In this document: piece by piece, positions 1 through 8,438 of the stretch
Position numbering within the stretch: the first letter of the stretch is position 1
Layout of the letters: each line of letters opens with the position of its first letter
DNA from: Escherichia phage T7
DNA: 38,831 nt
Sequence record: MZ375240.1
Direction: 5' to 3' (one strand)
The notes under the pieces: model-generated
What the model was told of the DNA's origin: nothing
Databases searched by the model: none
The model's input: only the letters and a program-made list of their open reading frames with translations
Made by a program: the position numbers and the translations under genes

Positions 1-160
1 TCTCACAGTGTACGGACCTAAAGTTCCCCCATAGGGGGTACCTAAAGCCCAGCCAATCACCTAAAGTCAACCTTCGGTTGACCTTGAGGGTTCCCTAAGG
101 GTTGGGGATGACCCTTGGGTTTGTCTTTGGGTGTTACCTTGAGTGTCTCTCTGTGTCCCT
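1..160. repeat. Left 160-bp direct terminal repeat (terminal redundancy of mature T7 DNA)
   Basis: Bases 1-160 are repeated identically at 38672-38831; the sequence begins TCTCACAGTGTACGGACC, the known T7 left end. Confidence 0.97.
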
Positions 161-350
161 CTCTGTTACAGTCTCCTAAAGTATCCTCCTAAAGTCACCT
201 CCTAACGTCCATCCTAAAGCCAACACCTAAAGCCTACACCTAAAGACCCATCAAGTCAACGCCTATCTTAAAGTTTAAACATAAAGACCAGACCTAAAGA
301 CCAGACCTAAAGACACTACATAAAGACCAGACCTAAAGACGCCTTGTTGT
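161..350. repeat. Left-end array of short CCTAAAG-type repeats (SRL), including three near-tandem AAAGACCAGACCTAAAGAC units
   Basis: Repeated cctaaag / acctaaag motifs visible directly; known T7 end-proximal repeats associated with concatemer processing and packaging. Confidence 0.8.
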
Positions 351-387
351 TAGCCATAAAGTGATAACCTTTAATCATTGTCTTTAT

Positions 388-410
388 TAATACAACTCAC
401 TATAGGGAGA
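388..410 (+). promoter_or_regulatory. T7 RNAP promoter phiOL (+1 near 405)
   Basis: TAATACAACTCACTATAGGGAGA, one mismatch to the 23-bp consensus; same position as reference phiOL. Confidence 0.85.
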
Positions 411-462
411 GACAACTTAAAGAGACTTAAAAGATTAATTTAAAATTTATCAAAAAGAGTAT

Positions 463-498
463 TGACTTAAAGTCTAACCTATAGGATACTTACAGCCA
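463..498 (+). promoter_or_regulatory. E. coli sigma70 early promoter A1
   Basis: TTGACT (463-468), 17-bp spacer region, GATACT -10; start near 498 as in reference T7. Confidence 0.85.
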
Positions 499-588
499 TC
501 GAGAGGGACACGGCGAATAGCCATCCCAATCGACACCGGGGTCAACCGGATAAGTAGACAGCCTGATAAGTCGCACGAAAAACAGGTA

Positions 589-626
589 TTGACAACATGA
601 AGTAACATGCAGTAAGATACAAATCG
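589..626 (+). promoter_or_regulatory. E. coli sigma70 early promoter A2
   Basis: TTGACA (589-594) and TAAGAT -10 (613-618); start near 626. Confidence 0.85.
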
Positions 627-713
627 CTAGGTAACACTAGCAGCGTCAACCGGGCGCACAGTGCCTTCTAGGTGACTTAAGCGCACCACGGCACATAAGG
701 TGAAACAAAACGG

Positions 714-750
714 TTGACAACATGAAGTAAACACGGTACGATGTACCACA
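714..750 (+). promoter_or_regulatory. E. coli sigma70 early promoter A3
   Basis: TTGACA (714-719) and TACGAT -10 (737-742); start near 750. Confidence 0.85.
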
Positions 751-844
751 TGAAACGACAGTGAGTCACCACACTGAAAGGTGATGCGGTCTAACGAAAC
801 CTGACCTAAGACGCTCTTTAACAATCTGGTAAATAGCTCTTGAG

Positions 845-895
845 TGCATGACTAGCGGATAACTCAAGGGTATCGCAAGGTGCCCTTTATGATAT
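845..895 (+). promoter_or_regulatory. RNase III processing hairpin R0.3
   Basis: ctcaaggg...ccctttatgat hairpin motif shared with the other T7 RNase III sites, immediately upstream of gene 0.3. Confidence 0.7.
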
Positions 896-924
896 TCACT
901 AATAACTGCACGAGGTAACACAAG

Positions 925-1278
925 ATGGCTATGTCTAACATGACTTACAACAACGTTTTCGACCACGCTTACGAAATGCTGAAAGAAAACATCCGTTATG
1001 ATGACATCCGTGACACTGATGACCTGCACGATGCTATTCACATGGCTGCCGATAATGCAGTTCCGCACTACTACGCTGACATCTTTAGCGTAATGGCAAG
1101 TGAGGGCATTGACCTTGAGTTCGAAGACTCTGGTCTGATGCCTGACACCAAGGACGTAATCCGCATCCTGCAAGCGCGTATCTATGAGCAATTAACGATT
1201 GACCTCTGGGAAGACGCAGAAGACTTGCTCAATGAATACTTGGAGGAAGTCGAGGAGTACGAGGAGGATGAAGAGTAA
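925..1278 (+). CDS. ocr: Gene 0.3 Ocr, DNA-mimic inhibitor of type I restriction-modification (also anti-BREX)
   Basis: ORF track 117 aa; highly acidic with C-terminal [11 protein letters not shown]; recognised as T7 Ocr; coordinates identical to reference. Confidence 0.97.
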
Positions 1279-1409
1279 TGTCTACTACCAACGTGCAATA
1301 CGGTCTGACCGCTCAAACTGTACTTTTCTATAGCGACATGGGGCGGCGTGGCATAGACGAAAGGAAAAGGTTAAAGCCAAGAAACTCGCCGCACTTGAAC
1401 AGGCACTAG
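1278..1409 (+). pseudogene. 0.4: Gene 0.4 remnant: first 21 codons of gp0.4 (FtsZ inhibitor) fused to 22 codons from the distal gene 0.6 region
   Basis: ATG at 1278 overlaps the ocr stop as in T7; reading frame [21 protein letters not shown] then GRRGIDERKRLKPRNSPHLNRH, stop TAG 1407-1409; genes 0.5 and 0.6 are not present. Confidence 0.6.
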
Positions 1410-1457
1410 CCAACACACTGAACGCTATCTCATAACGAACATAAAGGACACAATGCA

Positions 1458-2537
1458 ATGAACATTACCGACATCATGAACGCTATCGACGCAATCAAAG
1501 CACTGCCAATCTGTGAACTTGACAAGCGTCAAGGTATGCTTATCGACTTACTGGTCGAGATGGTCAACAGCGAGACGTGTGATGGCGAGCTAACCGAACT
1601 AAATCAGGCACTTGAGCATCAAGATTGGTGGACTACCTTGAAGTGTCTCACGGCTGACGCAGGGTTCAAGATGCTCGGTAATGGTCACTTCTCGGCTGCT
1701 TATAGTCACCCGCTGCTACCTAACAGAGTGATTAAGGTGGGCTTTAAGAAAGAGGATTCAGGCGCAGCCTATACCGCATTCTGCCGCATGTATCAGGGTC
1801 GTCCTGGTATCCCTAACGTCTACGATGTACAGCGCCACGCTGGATGCTATACGGTGGTACTTGACGCACTTAAGGATTGCGAGCGTTTCAACAATGATGC
1901 CCATTATAAATACGCTGAGATTGCAAGCGACATCATTGATTGCAATTCGGATGAGCATGATGAGTTAACTGGATGGGATGGTGAGTTTGTTGAAACTTGT
2001 AAACTAATCCGCAAGTTCTTTGAGGGCATCGCCTCATTCGACATGCATAGCGGGAACATCATGTTCTCAAATGGAGACGTACCATACATCACCGACCCGG
2101 TATCATTCTCGCAGAAGAAAGACGGTGGCGCATTCAGCATCGACCCTGAGGAACTCATCAAGGAAGTCGAGGAAGTCGCACGACAGAAAGAAATTGACCG
2201 CGCTAAGGCCCGTAAAGAACGTCACGAGGGGCGCTTAGAGGCACGCAGATTCAAACGTCGCAACCGCAAGGCACGTAAAGCACACAAAGCTAAGCGCGAA
2301 AGAATGCTTGCTGCGTGGCGATGGGCTGAACGTCAAGAACGGCGTAACCATGAGGTAGCTGTAGATGTACTAGGAAGAACCAATAACGCTATGCTCTGGG
2401 TCAACATGTTCTCTGGGGACTTTAAGGCGCTTGAGGAACGAATCGCGCTGCACTGGCGTAATGCTGACCGGATGGCTATCGCTAATGGTCTTACGCTCAA
2501 CATTGATAAGCAACTTGACGCAATGTTAATGGGCTGA
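1458..2537 (+). CDS. 0.7: Gene 0.7 serine/threonine protein kinase with host-shutoff domain
   Basis: ORF track 359 aa, recognised as T7 gp0.7; 563 bp left of its reference position. Confidence 0.95.
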
Positions 2538-2544
2538 TAGTCTT

Positions 2545-2600
2545 ATCTTACAGGTCATCTGCGGGTGGCCTGAATAGGTACGATTTACTAACTGGAAGAG
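2545..2600 (+). promoter_or_regulatory. RNase III site R1 between genes 0.7 and 1
   Basis: Position equivalent to reference R1; intergenic segment with hairpin potential; not folded computationally. Confidence 0.5.
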
Positions 2601-2607
2601 GCACTAA

Positions 2608-5259
2608 ATGAACACGATTAACATCGCTAAGAACGACTTCTCTGACATCGAACTGGCTGCTATCCCGTTCAACACTCTGGCTGACCATTACGGTGAGCGT
2701 TTAGCTCGCGAACAGTTGGCCCTTGAGCATGAGTCTTACGAGATGGGTGAAGCACGCTTCCGCAAGATGTTTGAGCGTCAACTTAAAGCTGGTGAGGTTG
2801 CGGATAACGCTGCCGCCAAGCCTCTCATCACTACCCTACTCCCTAAGATGATTGCACGCATCAACGACTGGTTTGAGGAAGTGAAAGCTAAGCGCGGCAA
2901 GCGCCCGACAGCCTTCCAGTTCCTGCAAGAAATCAAGCCGGAAGCCGTAGCGTACATCACCATTAAGACCACTCTGGCTTGCCTAACCAGTGCTGACAAT
3001 ACAACCGTTCAGGCTGTAGCAAGCGCAATCGGTCGGGCCATTGAGGACGAGGCTCGCTTCGGTCGTATCCGTGACCTTGAAGCTAAGCACTTCAAGAAAA
3101 ACGTTGAGGAACAACTCAACAAGCGCGTAGGGCACGTCTACAAGAAAGCATTTATGCGAGTTGTCGAGGCTGACATGCTCTCTAAGGGTCTACTCGGTGG
3201 CGAGGCGTGGTCTTCGTGGCATAAGGAAGACTCTATTCATGTAGGAGTACGCTGCATCGAGATGCTCATTGAGTCAACCGGAATGGTTAGCTTACACCGC
3301 CAAAATGCTGGCGTAGTAGGTCAAGACTCTGAGACTATCGAACTCGCACCTGAATACGCTGAGGCTATCGCAACCCGTGCAGGTGCGCTGGCTGGCATCT
3401 CTCCGATGTTCCAACCTTGCGTAGTTCCTCCTAAGCCGTGGACTGGCATTACTGGTGGTGGCTATTGGGCTAACGGTCGTCGTCCTCTGGCGCTGGTGCG
3501 TACTCACAGTAAGAAAGCACTGATGCGCTACGAAGACGTTTACATGCCTGAGGTGTACAAAGCGATTAACATTGCGCAAAACACCGCATGGAAAATCAAC
3601 AAGAAAGTCCTAGCGGTCGCCAACGTAATCACCAAGTGGAAGCATTGTCCGGTCGAGGACATCCCTGCGATTGAGCGTGAAGAACTCCCGATGAAACCGG
3701 AAGACATCGACATGAATCCTGAGGCTCTCACCGCGTGGAAACGTGCTGCCGCTGCTGTGTACCGCAAGGACAAGGCTCGCAAGTCTCGCCGTATCAGCCT
3801 TGAGTTCATGCTTGAGCAAGCCAATAAGTTTGCTAACCATAAGGCCATCTGGTTCCCTTACAACATGGACTGGCGCGGTCGTGTTTACGCTGTGTCAATG
3901 TTCAACCCGCAAGGTAACGATATGACCAAAGGACTGCTTACGCTGGCGAAAGGTAAACCAATCGGTAAGGAAGGTTACTACTGGCTGAAAATCCACGGTG
4001 CAAACTGTGCGGGTGTCGATAAGGTTCCGTTCCCTGAGCGCATCAAGTTCATTGAGGAAAACCACGAGAACATCATGGCTTGCGCTAAGTCTCCACTGGA
4101 GAACACTTGGTGGGCTGAGCAAGATTCTCCGTTCTGCTTCCTTGCGTTCTGCTTTGAGTACGCTGGGGTACAGCACCACGGCCTGAGCTATAACTGCTCC
4201 CTTCCGCTGGCGTTTGACGGGTCTTGCTCTGGCATCCAGCACTTCTCCGCGATGCTCCGAGATGAGGTAGGTGGTCGCGCGGTTAACTTGCTTCCTAGTG
4301 AAACCGTTCAGGACATCTACGGGATTGTTGCTAAGAAAGTCAACGAGATTCTACAAGCAGACGCAATCAATGGGACCGATAACGAAGTAGTTACCGTGAC
4401 CGATGAGAACACTGGTGAAATCTCTGAGAAAGTCAAGCTGGGCACTAAGGCACTGGCTGGTCAATGGCTGGCTTACGGTGTTACTCGCAGTGTGACTAAG
4501 CGTTCAGTCATGACGCTGGCTTACGGGTCCAAAGAGTTCGGCTTCCGTCAACAAGTGCTGGAAGATACCATTCAGCCAGCTATTGATTCCGGCAAGGGTC
4601 TGATGTTCACTCAGCCGAATCAGGCTGCTGGATACATGGCTAAGCTGATTTGGGAATCTGTGAGCGTGACGGTGGTAGCTGCGGTTGAAGCAATGAACTG
4701 GCTTAAGTCTGCTGCTAAGCTGCTGGCTGCTGAGGTCAAAGATAAGAAGACTGGAGAGATTCTTCGCAAGCGTTGCGCTGTGCATTGGGTAACTCCTGAT
4801 GGTTTCCCTGTGTGGCAGGAATACAAGAAGCCTATTCAGACGCGCTTGAACCTGATGTTCCTCGGTCAGTTCCGCTTACAGCCTACCATTAACACCAACA
4901 AAGATAGCGAGATTGATGCACACAAACAGGAGTCTGGTATCGCTCCTAACTTTGTACACAGCCAAGACGGTAGCCACCTTCGTAAGACTGTAGTGTGGGC
5001 ACACGAGAAGTACGGAATCGAATCTTTTGCACTGATTCACGACTCCTTCGGTACCATTCCGGCTGACGCTGCGAACCTGTTCAAAGCAGTGCGCGAAACT
5101 ATGGTTGACACATATGAGTCTTGTGATGTACTGGCTGATTTCTACGACCAGTTCGCTGACCAGTTGCGCGAGTCTCAATTGGACAAAATGCCAGCACTTC
5201 CGGCTAAAGGTAACTTGAACCTCCGTGACATCTTAGAGTCGGACTTCGCGTTCGCGTAA
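2608..5259 (+). CDS. 1: Gene 1, T7 DNA-dependent RNA polymerase (single-subunit)
   Basis: ORF track 883 aa, MNTINIAKNDFSDIELAAIPF...DFAFA; recognised as T7 RNAP. Confidence 0.98.
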   Translation: MNTINIAKNDFSDIELAAIPFNTLADHYGERLAREQLALEHESYEMGEARFRKMFERQLKAGEVADNAAAKPLITTLLPKMIARINDWFEEVKAKRGKRPTAFQFLQEIKPEAVAYITIKTTLACLTSADNTTVQAVASAIGRAIEDEARFGRIRDLEAKHFKKNVEEQLNKRVGHVYKKAFMRVVEADMLSKGLLGGEAWSSWHKEDSIHVGVRCIEMLIESTGMVSLHRQNAGVVGQDSETIELAPEYAEAIATRAGALAGISPMFQPCVVPPKPWTGITGGGYWANGRRPLALVRTHSKKALMRYEDVYMPEVYKAINIAQNTAWKINKKVLAVANVITKWKHCPVEDIPAIEREELPMKPEDIDMNPEALTAWKRAAAAVYRKDKARKSRRISLEFMLEQANKFANHKAIWFPYNMDWRGRVYAVSMFNPQGNDMTKGLLTLAKGKPIGKEGYYWLKIHGANCAGVDKVPFPERIKFIEENHENIMACAKSPLENTWWAEQDSPFCFLAFCFEYAGVQHHGLSYNCSLPLAFDGSCSGIQHFSAMLRDEVGGRAVNLLPSETVQDIYGIVAKKVNEILQADAINGTDNEVVTVTDENTGEISEKVKLGTKALAGQWLAYGVTRSVTKRSVMTLAYGSKEFGFRQQVLEDTIQPAIDSGKGLMFTQPNQAAGYMAKLIWESVSVTVVAAVEAMNWLKSAAKLLAAEVKDKKTGEILRKRCAVHWVTPDGFPVWQEYKKPIQTRLNLMFLGQFRLQPTINTNKDSEIDAHKQESGIAPNFVHSQDGSHLRKTVVWAHEKYGIESFALIHDSFGTIPADAANLFKAVRETMVDTYESCDVLADFYDQFADQLRESQLDKMPALPAKGNLNLRDILESDFAFA

Positions 5260-5267
5260 CGCCAAAT

Positions 5268-5290
5268 CAATACGACTCACTATAGAGGGA
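5268..5290 (+). promoter_or_regulatory. T7 promoter phi1.1A
   Basis: CAATACGACTCACTATAGAGGGA, near-consensus. Confidence 0.85.
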
Positions 5291-5292
5291 CA

Positions 5293-5330
5293 AACTCAAG
5301 GTCATTCGCAAGAGTGGCCTTTATGATTGA
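5293..5330 (+). promoter_or_regulatory. RNase III site R1.1
   Basis: actcaaggtcattcgcaagagtggcctttatgat hairpin motif. Confidence 0.7.
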
Positions 5331-5342
5331 CCTTCTTCCGGT

Positions 5343-5365
5343 TAATACGACTCACTATAGGAGAA
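5343..5365 (+). promoter_or_regulatory. T7 promoter phi1.1B
   Basis: TAATACGACTCACTATAGGAGAA. Confidence 0.88.
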
Positions 5366-5443
5366 CCTTAAGGTTTAACTTTAAGACCCTTAAGTGTTAA
5401 TTAGAGATTTAAATTAAAGAATTACTAAGAGAGGACTTTAAGT

Positions 5444-5572
5444 ATGCGTAACTTCGAAAAGATGACCAAACGTTCTAACCGTAATGCTCGTGACTTCGAG
5501 GCAACCAAAGGTCGCAAGTTGAATAAGACTAAGCGTGACCGCTCTCACAAGCGTAGCTGGGAGGGTCAGTAA
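5444..5572 (+). CDS. 1.1: Gene 1.1, small basic protein of unknown function
   Basis: 42 codons MRNFEKMTKRSNRNARDFEATKGRKLNKTKRDRSHKRSWEGQ with RBS gagagga upstream; matches the reference gene. Confidence 0.85.
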   Translation: MRNFEKMTKRSNRNARDFEATKGRKLNKTKRDRSHKRSWEGQ

Positions 5573-5573
5573 G

Positions 5574-5831
5574 ATGGGACGTTTATATAGTGGTAATCTG
5601 GCAGCATTCAAGGCAGCAACAAACAAGCTGTTCCAGTTAGACTTAGCGGTCATTTATGATGACTGGTATGATGCCTATACAAGAAAAGATTGCATACGGT
5701 TACGTATTGAGGACAGGAGTGGAAACCTGATTGATACTAGCACCTTCTACCACCACGACGAGGACGTTCTGTTCAATATGTGTACTGATTGGTTGAACCA
5801 TATGTATGACCAGTTGAAGGACTGGAAGTAA
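5574..5831 (+). CDS. 1.2: Gene 1.2, inhibitor of host dGTP triphosphohydrolase (Dgt)
   Basis: 85 aa from the ATG at 5574 inside ORF-track entry 5535..5831 (MGRLYSGNLAAF...). Confidence 0.9.
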   Translation: MGRLYSGNLAAFKAATNKLFQLDLAVIYDDWYDAYTRKDCIRLRIEDRSGNLIDTSTFYHHDEDVLFNMCTDWLNHMYDQLKDWK

Positions 5832-5851
5832 TACGACTCAGTATAGGGACA
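5829..5851 (+). promoter_or_regulatory. T7 promoter phi1.3
   Basis: TAATACGACTCAGTATAGGGACA (C to G at -7, as in reference phi1.3). Confidence 0.85.
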
Positions 5852-5895
5852 ATGCTTAAGGTCGCTCTCTAGGAGTGGCCTTAGTCATTTAACCA
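5851..5895 (+). promoter_or_regulatory. RNase III site R1.3
   Basis: gcttaaggtcgctctctaggagtggccttagtcat hairpin motif. Confidence 0.7.
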
Positions 5896-5911
5896 ATAGG
5901 AGATAAACATT

Positions 5912-6991
5912 ATGATGAACATTAAGACTAACCCGTTTAAAGCCGTGTCTTTCGTAGAGTCTGCCATTAAGAAGGCTCTGGATAACGCTGGGTATCTTAT
6001 CGCTGAAATCAAGTACGATGGTGTACGCGGGAACATCTGCGTAGACAATACTGCTAACAGTTACTGGCTCTCTCGTGTATCTAAAACGATTCCGGCACTG
6101 GAGCACTTAAACGGGTTTGATGTTCGCTGGAAGCGTCTACTGAACGATGACCGTTGCTTCTACAAAGATGGCTTTATGCTTGATGGGGAACTCATGGTCA
6201 AGGGCGTAGACTTTAACACAGGGTCCGGCCTACTGCGTACCAAATGGACTGACACGAAGAACCAAGAGTTCCATGAAGAGTTATTCGTTGAACCAATCCG
6301 TAAGAAAGATAAAGTTCCCTTTAAGCTGCACACTGGACACCTTCACATAAAACTGTACGCTATCCTCCCGCTGCACATCGTGGAGTCTGGAGAAGACTGT
6401 GATGTCATGACGTTGCTCATGCAGGAACACGTTAAGAACATGCTGCCTCTGCTACAGGAATACTTCCCTGAAATCGAATGGCAAGCGGCTGAATCTTACG
6501 AGGTCTACGATATGGTAGAACTACAGCAACTGTACGAGCAGAAGCGAGCAGAAGGCCATGAGGGTCTCATTGTGAAAGACCCGATGTGTATCTATAAGCG
6601 CGGTAAGAAATCTGGCTGGTGGAAAATGAAACCTGAGAACGAAGCTGACGGTATCATTCAGGGTCTGGTATGGGGTACAAAAGGTCTGGCTAATGAAGGT
6701 AAAGTGATTGGTTTTGAGGTGCTTCTTGAGAGTGGTCGTTTAGTTAACGCCACGAATATCTCTCGCGCCTTAATGGATGAGTTCACTGAGACAGTAAAAG
6801 AGGCCACCCTAAGTCAATGGGGATTCTTTAGCCCATACGGTATTGGCGACAACGATGCTTGTACTATTAACCCTTACGATGGCTGGGCGTGTCAAATTAG
6901 CTACATGGAGGAAACACCTGATGGCTCTTTGCGGCACCCATCGTTCGTAATGTTCCGTGGCACCGAGGACAACCCTCAAGAGAAAATGTAA
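5912..6991 (+). CDS. 1.3: Gene 1.3, ATP-dependent DNA ligase
   Basis: ORF track 359 aa; ligase adenylation motif KYDGVRG near the N-terminus. Confidence 0.96.
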   Translation: MMNIKTNPFKAVSFVESAIKKALDNAGYLIAEIKYDGVRGNICVDNTANSYWLSRVSKTIPALEHLNGFDVRWKRLLNDDRCFYKDGFMLDGELMVKGVDFNTGSGLLRTKWTDTKNQEFHEELFVEPIRKKDKVPFKLHTGHLHIKLYAILPLHIVESGEDCDVMTLLMQEHVKNMLPLLQEYFPEIEWQAAESYEVYDMVELQQLYEQKRAEGHEGLIVKDPMCIYKRGKKSGWWKMKPENEADGIIQGLVWGTKGLANEGKVIGFEVLLESGRLVNATNISRALMDEFTETVKEATLSQWGFFSPYGIGDNDACTINPYDGWACQISYMEETPDGSLRHPSFVMFRGTEDNPQEKM

Positions 6992-6994
6992 TCA

Positions 6995-7030
6995 CACTGG
7001 CTCACCTTCGGGTGGGCCTTTCTGCGTTTA
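6995..7030 (+). terminator. Early terminator TE (rho-independent, host RNAP)
   Basis: GC-rich hairpin ggctcacc-ttcg-ggtgggcc followed by tttctgcgttta, just after the ligase stop. Confidence 0.85.
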
Positions 7031-7041
7031 TAAGGAGACAC

Positions 7042-7064
7042 TTTTACGACTCACTAAAGGAGGT
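7042..7064 (+). promoter_or_regulatory. T7 promoter phi1.5 with altered upstream edge (TTT at -17..-15 where the reference has TAA)
   Basis: cTTTTACGACTCACTAAAGGAGG; the -14..+6 part matches phi1.5, the upstream part is fused to the gene 1.4 RBS. Confidence 0.75.
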
Positions 7065-7071
7065 ACACACC

Positions 7072-7161
7072 ATGATGTACTTAATGCCATTACTCATCGT
7101 CATTGTAGGATGCCTTGCGCTCCACTGTAGCGATGATGATATGCCAGATGGTCACGCTTAA
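7072..7161 (+). CDS. 1.5: Gene 1.5, small hydrophobic protein
   Basis: 29 codons MMYLMPLLIVIVGCLALHCSDDDMPDGHA; position matches the reference gene. Confidence 0.7.
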   Translation: MMYLMPLLIVIVGCLALHCSDDDMPDGHA

Positions 7162-7181
7162 TACGACTCACTAAAGGAGAC
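7159..7181 (+). promoter_or_regulatory. T7 promoter phi1.6
   Basis: TAATACGACTCACTAAAGGAGAC. Confidence 0.88.
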
Positions 7182-7186
7182 ACTAT

Positions 7187-7447
7187 ATGTTTCGACTTCA
7201 TTACAACAAAAGCGTTAAGAATTTCACGGTTCGCCGTGCTGACCGTTCAATCGTATGTGCGAGCGAGCGCCGAGCTAAGATACCTCTTATTGGTAACACA
7301 GTTCCTTTGGCACCGAGCGTCCACATCATTATCACCCGTGGTGACTTTGAGAAAGCAATAGACAAGAAACGTCCGGTTCTTAGTGTGGCAGTGACCCGCT
7401 TCCCGTTCGTCCGTCTGTTACTCAAACGAATCAAGGAGGTGTTCTGA
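7187..7447 (+). CDS. 1.6: Gene 1.6, function unknown
   Basis: ORF track 86 aa. Confidence 0.85.
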
Positions 7448-8029
7448 TGGGACTGTTAGATGGTGAAGCCTGGGAAAAAGAAAACCCGCCAGTACAAGCA
7501 ACTGGGTGTATAGCTTGCTTAGAGAAAGATGACCGTTATCCACACACCTGTAACAAAGGAGCTAACGATATGACCGAACGTGAACAAGAGATGATCATTA
7601 AGTTGATAGACAATAATGAAGGTCGCCCAGATGATTTGAATGGCTGCGGTATTCTCTGCTCCAATGTCCCTTGCCACCTCTGCCCCGCAAATAACGATCA
7701 AAAGATAACCTTAGGTGAAATCCGAGCGATGGACCCACGTAAACCACATCTGAATAAACCTGAGGTAACTCCTACAGATGACCAGCCTTCCGCTGAGACA
7801 ATCGAAGGTGTCACTAAGCCTTCCCACTACATGCTGTTTGACGACATTGAGGCTATCGAAGTGATTGCTCGTTCAATGACCGTTGAGCAGTTCAAGGGAT
7901 ACTGCTTCGGTAACATCTTAAAGTACAGACTACGTGCTGGTAAGAAGTCAGAGTTAGCGTACTTAGAGAAAGACCTAGCGAAAGCAGACTTCTATAAAGA
8001 ACTCTTTGAGAAACATAAGGATAAATGTT

Positions 8030-8037
<8 letters not shown>
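7447..8037 (+). CDS. 1.7: Gene 1.7, nucleotide (dGMP/dTMP) kinase
   Basis: ORF track 196 aa; ATG overlaps the gene 1.6 stop (TGATG). Confidence 0.9.
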
Positions 8038-8370
<333 letters not shown>

Positions 8371-8373
<3 letters not shown>

Positions 8374-8394
8374 TACGACTCACTATTAGGGAAG
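8371..8394 (+). promoter_or_regulatory. T7 promoter phi2.5
   Basis: TAATACGACTCACTATTAGGGAAGA. Confidence 0.85.
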
Positions 8395-8438
8395 ACTCCC
8401 TCTGAGAAACCAAACGAAACCTAAAGGAGATTAACATT

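Larger units (their letters stand above)
5285..5440 (+). other. Primary origin of DNA replication region (phi1.1A/phi1.1B plus AT-rich segment)
   Basis: Tandem T7 promoters followed by the AT-rich stretch ttagagatttaaattaaagaattactaag; corresponds to the mapped T7 primary origin. Confidence 0.7.

Noticed and set aside
401-410. Possible base differences in phiOL and at position 161 relative to the reference
   Set aside because: My recall of the reference at single-base resolution in these non-coding stretches is not reliable enough to call a variant. It needs an alignment.
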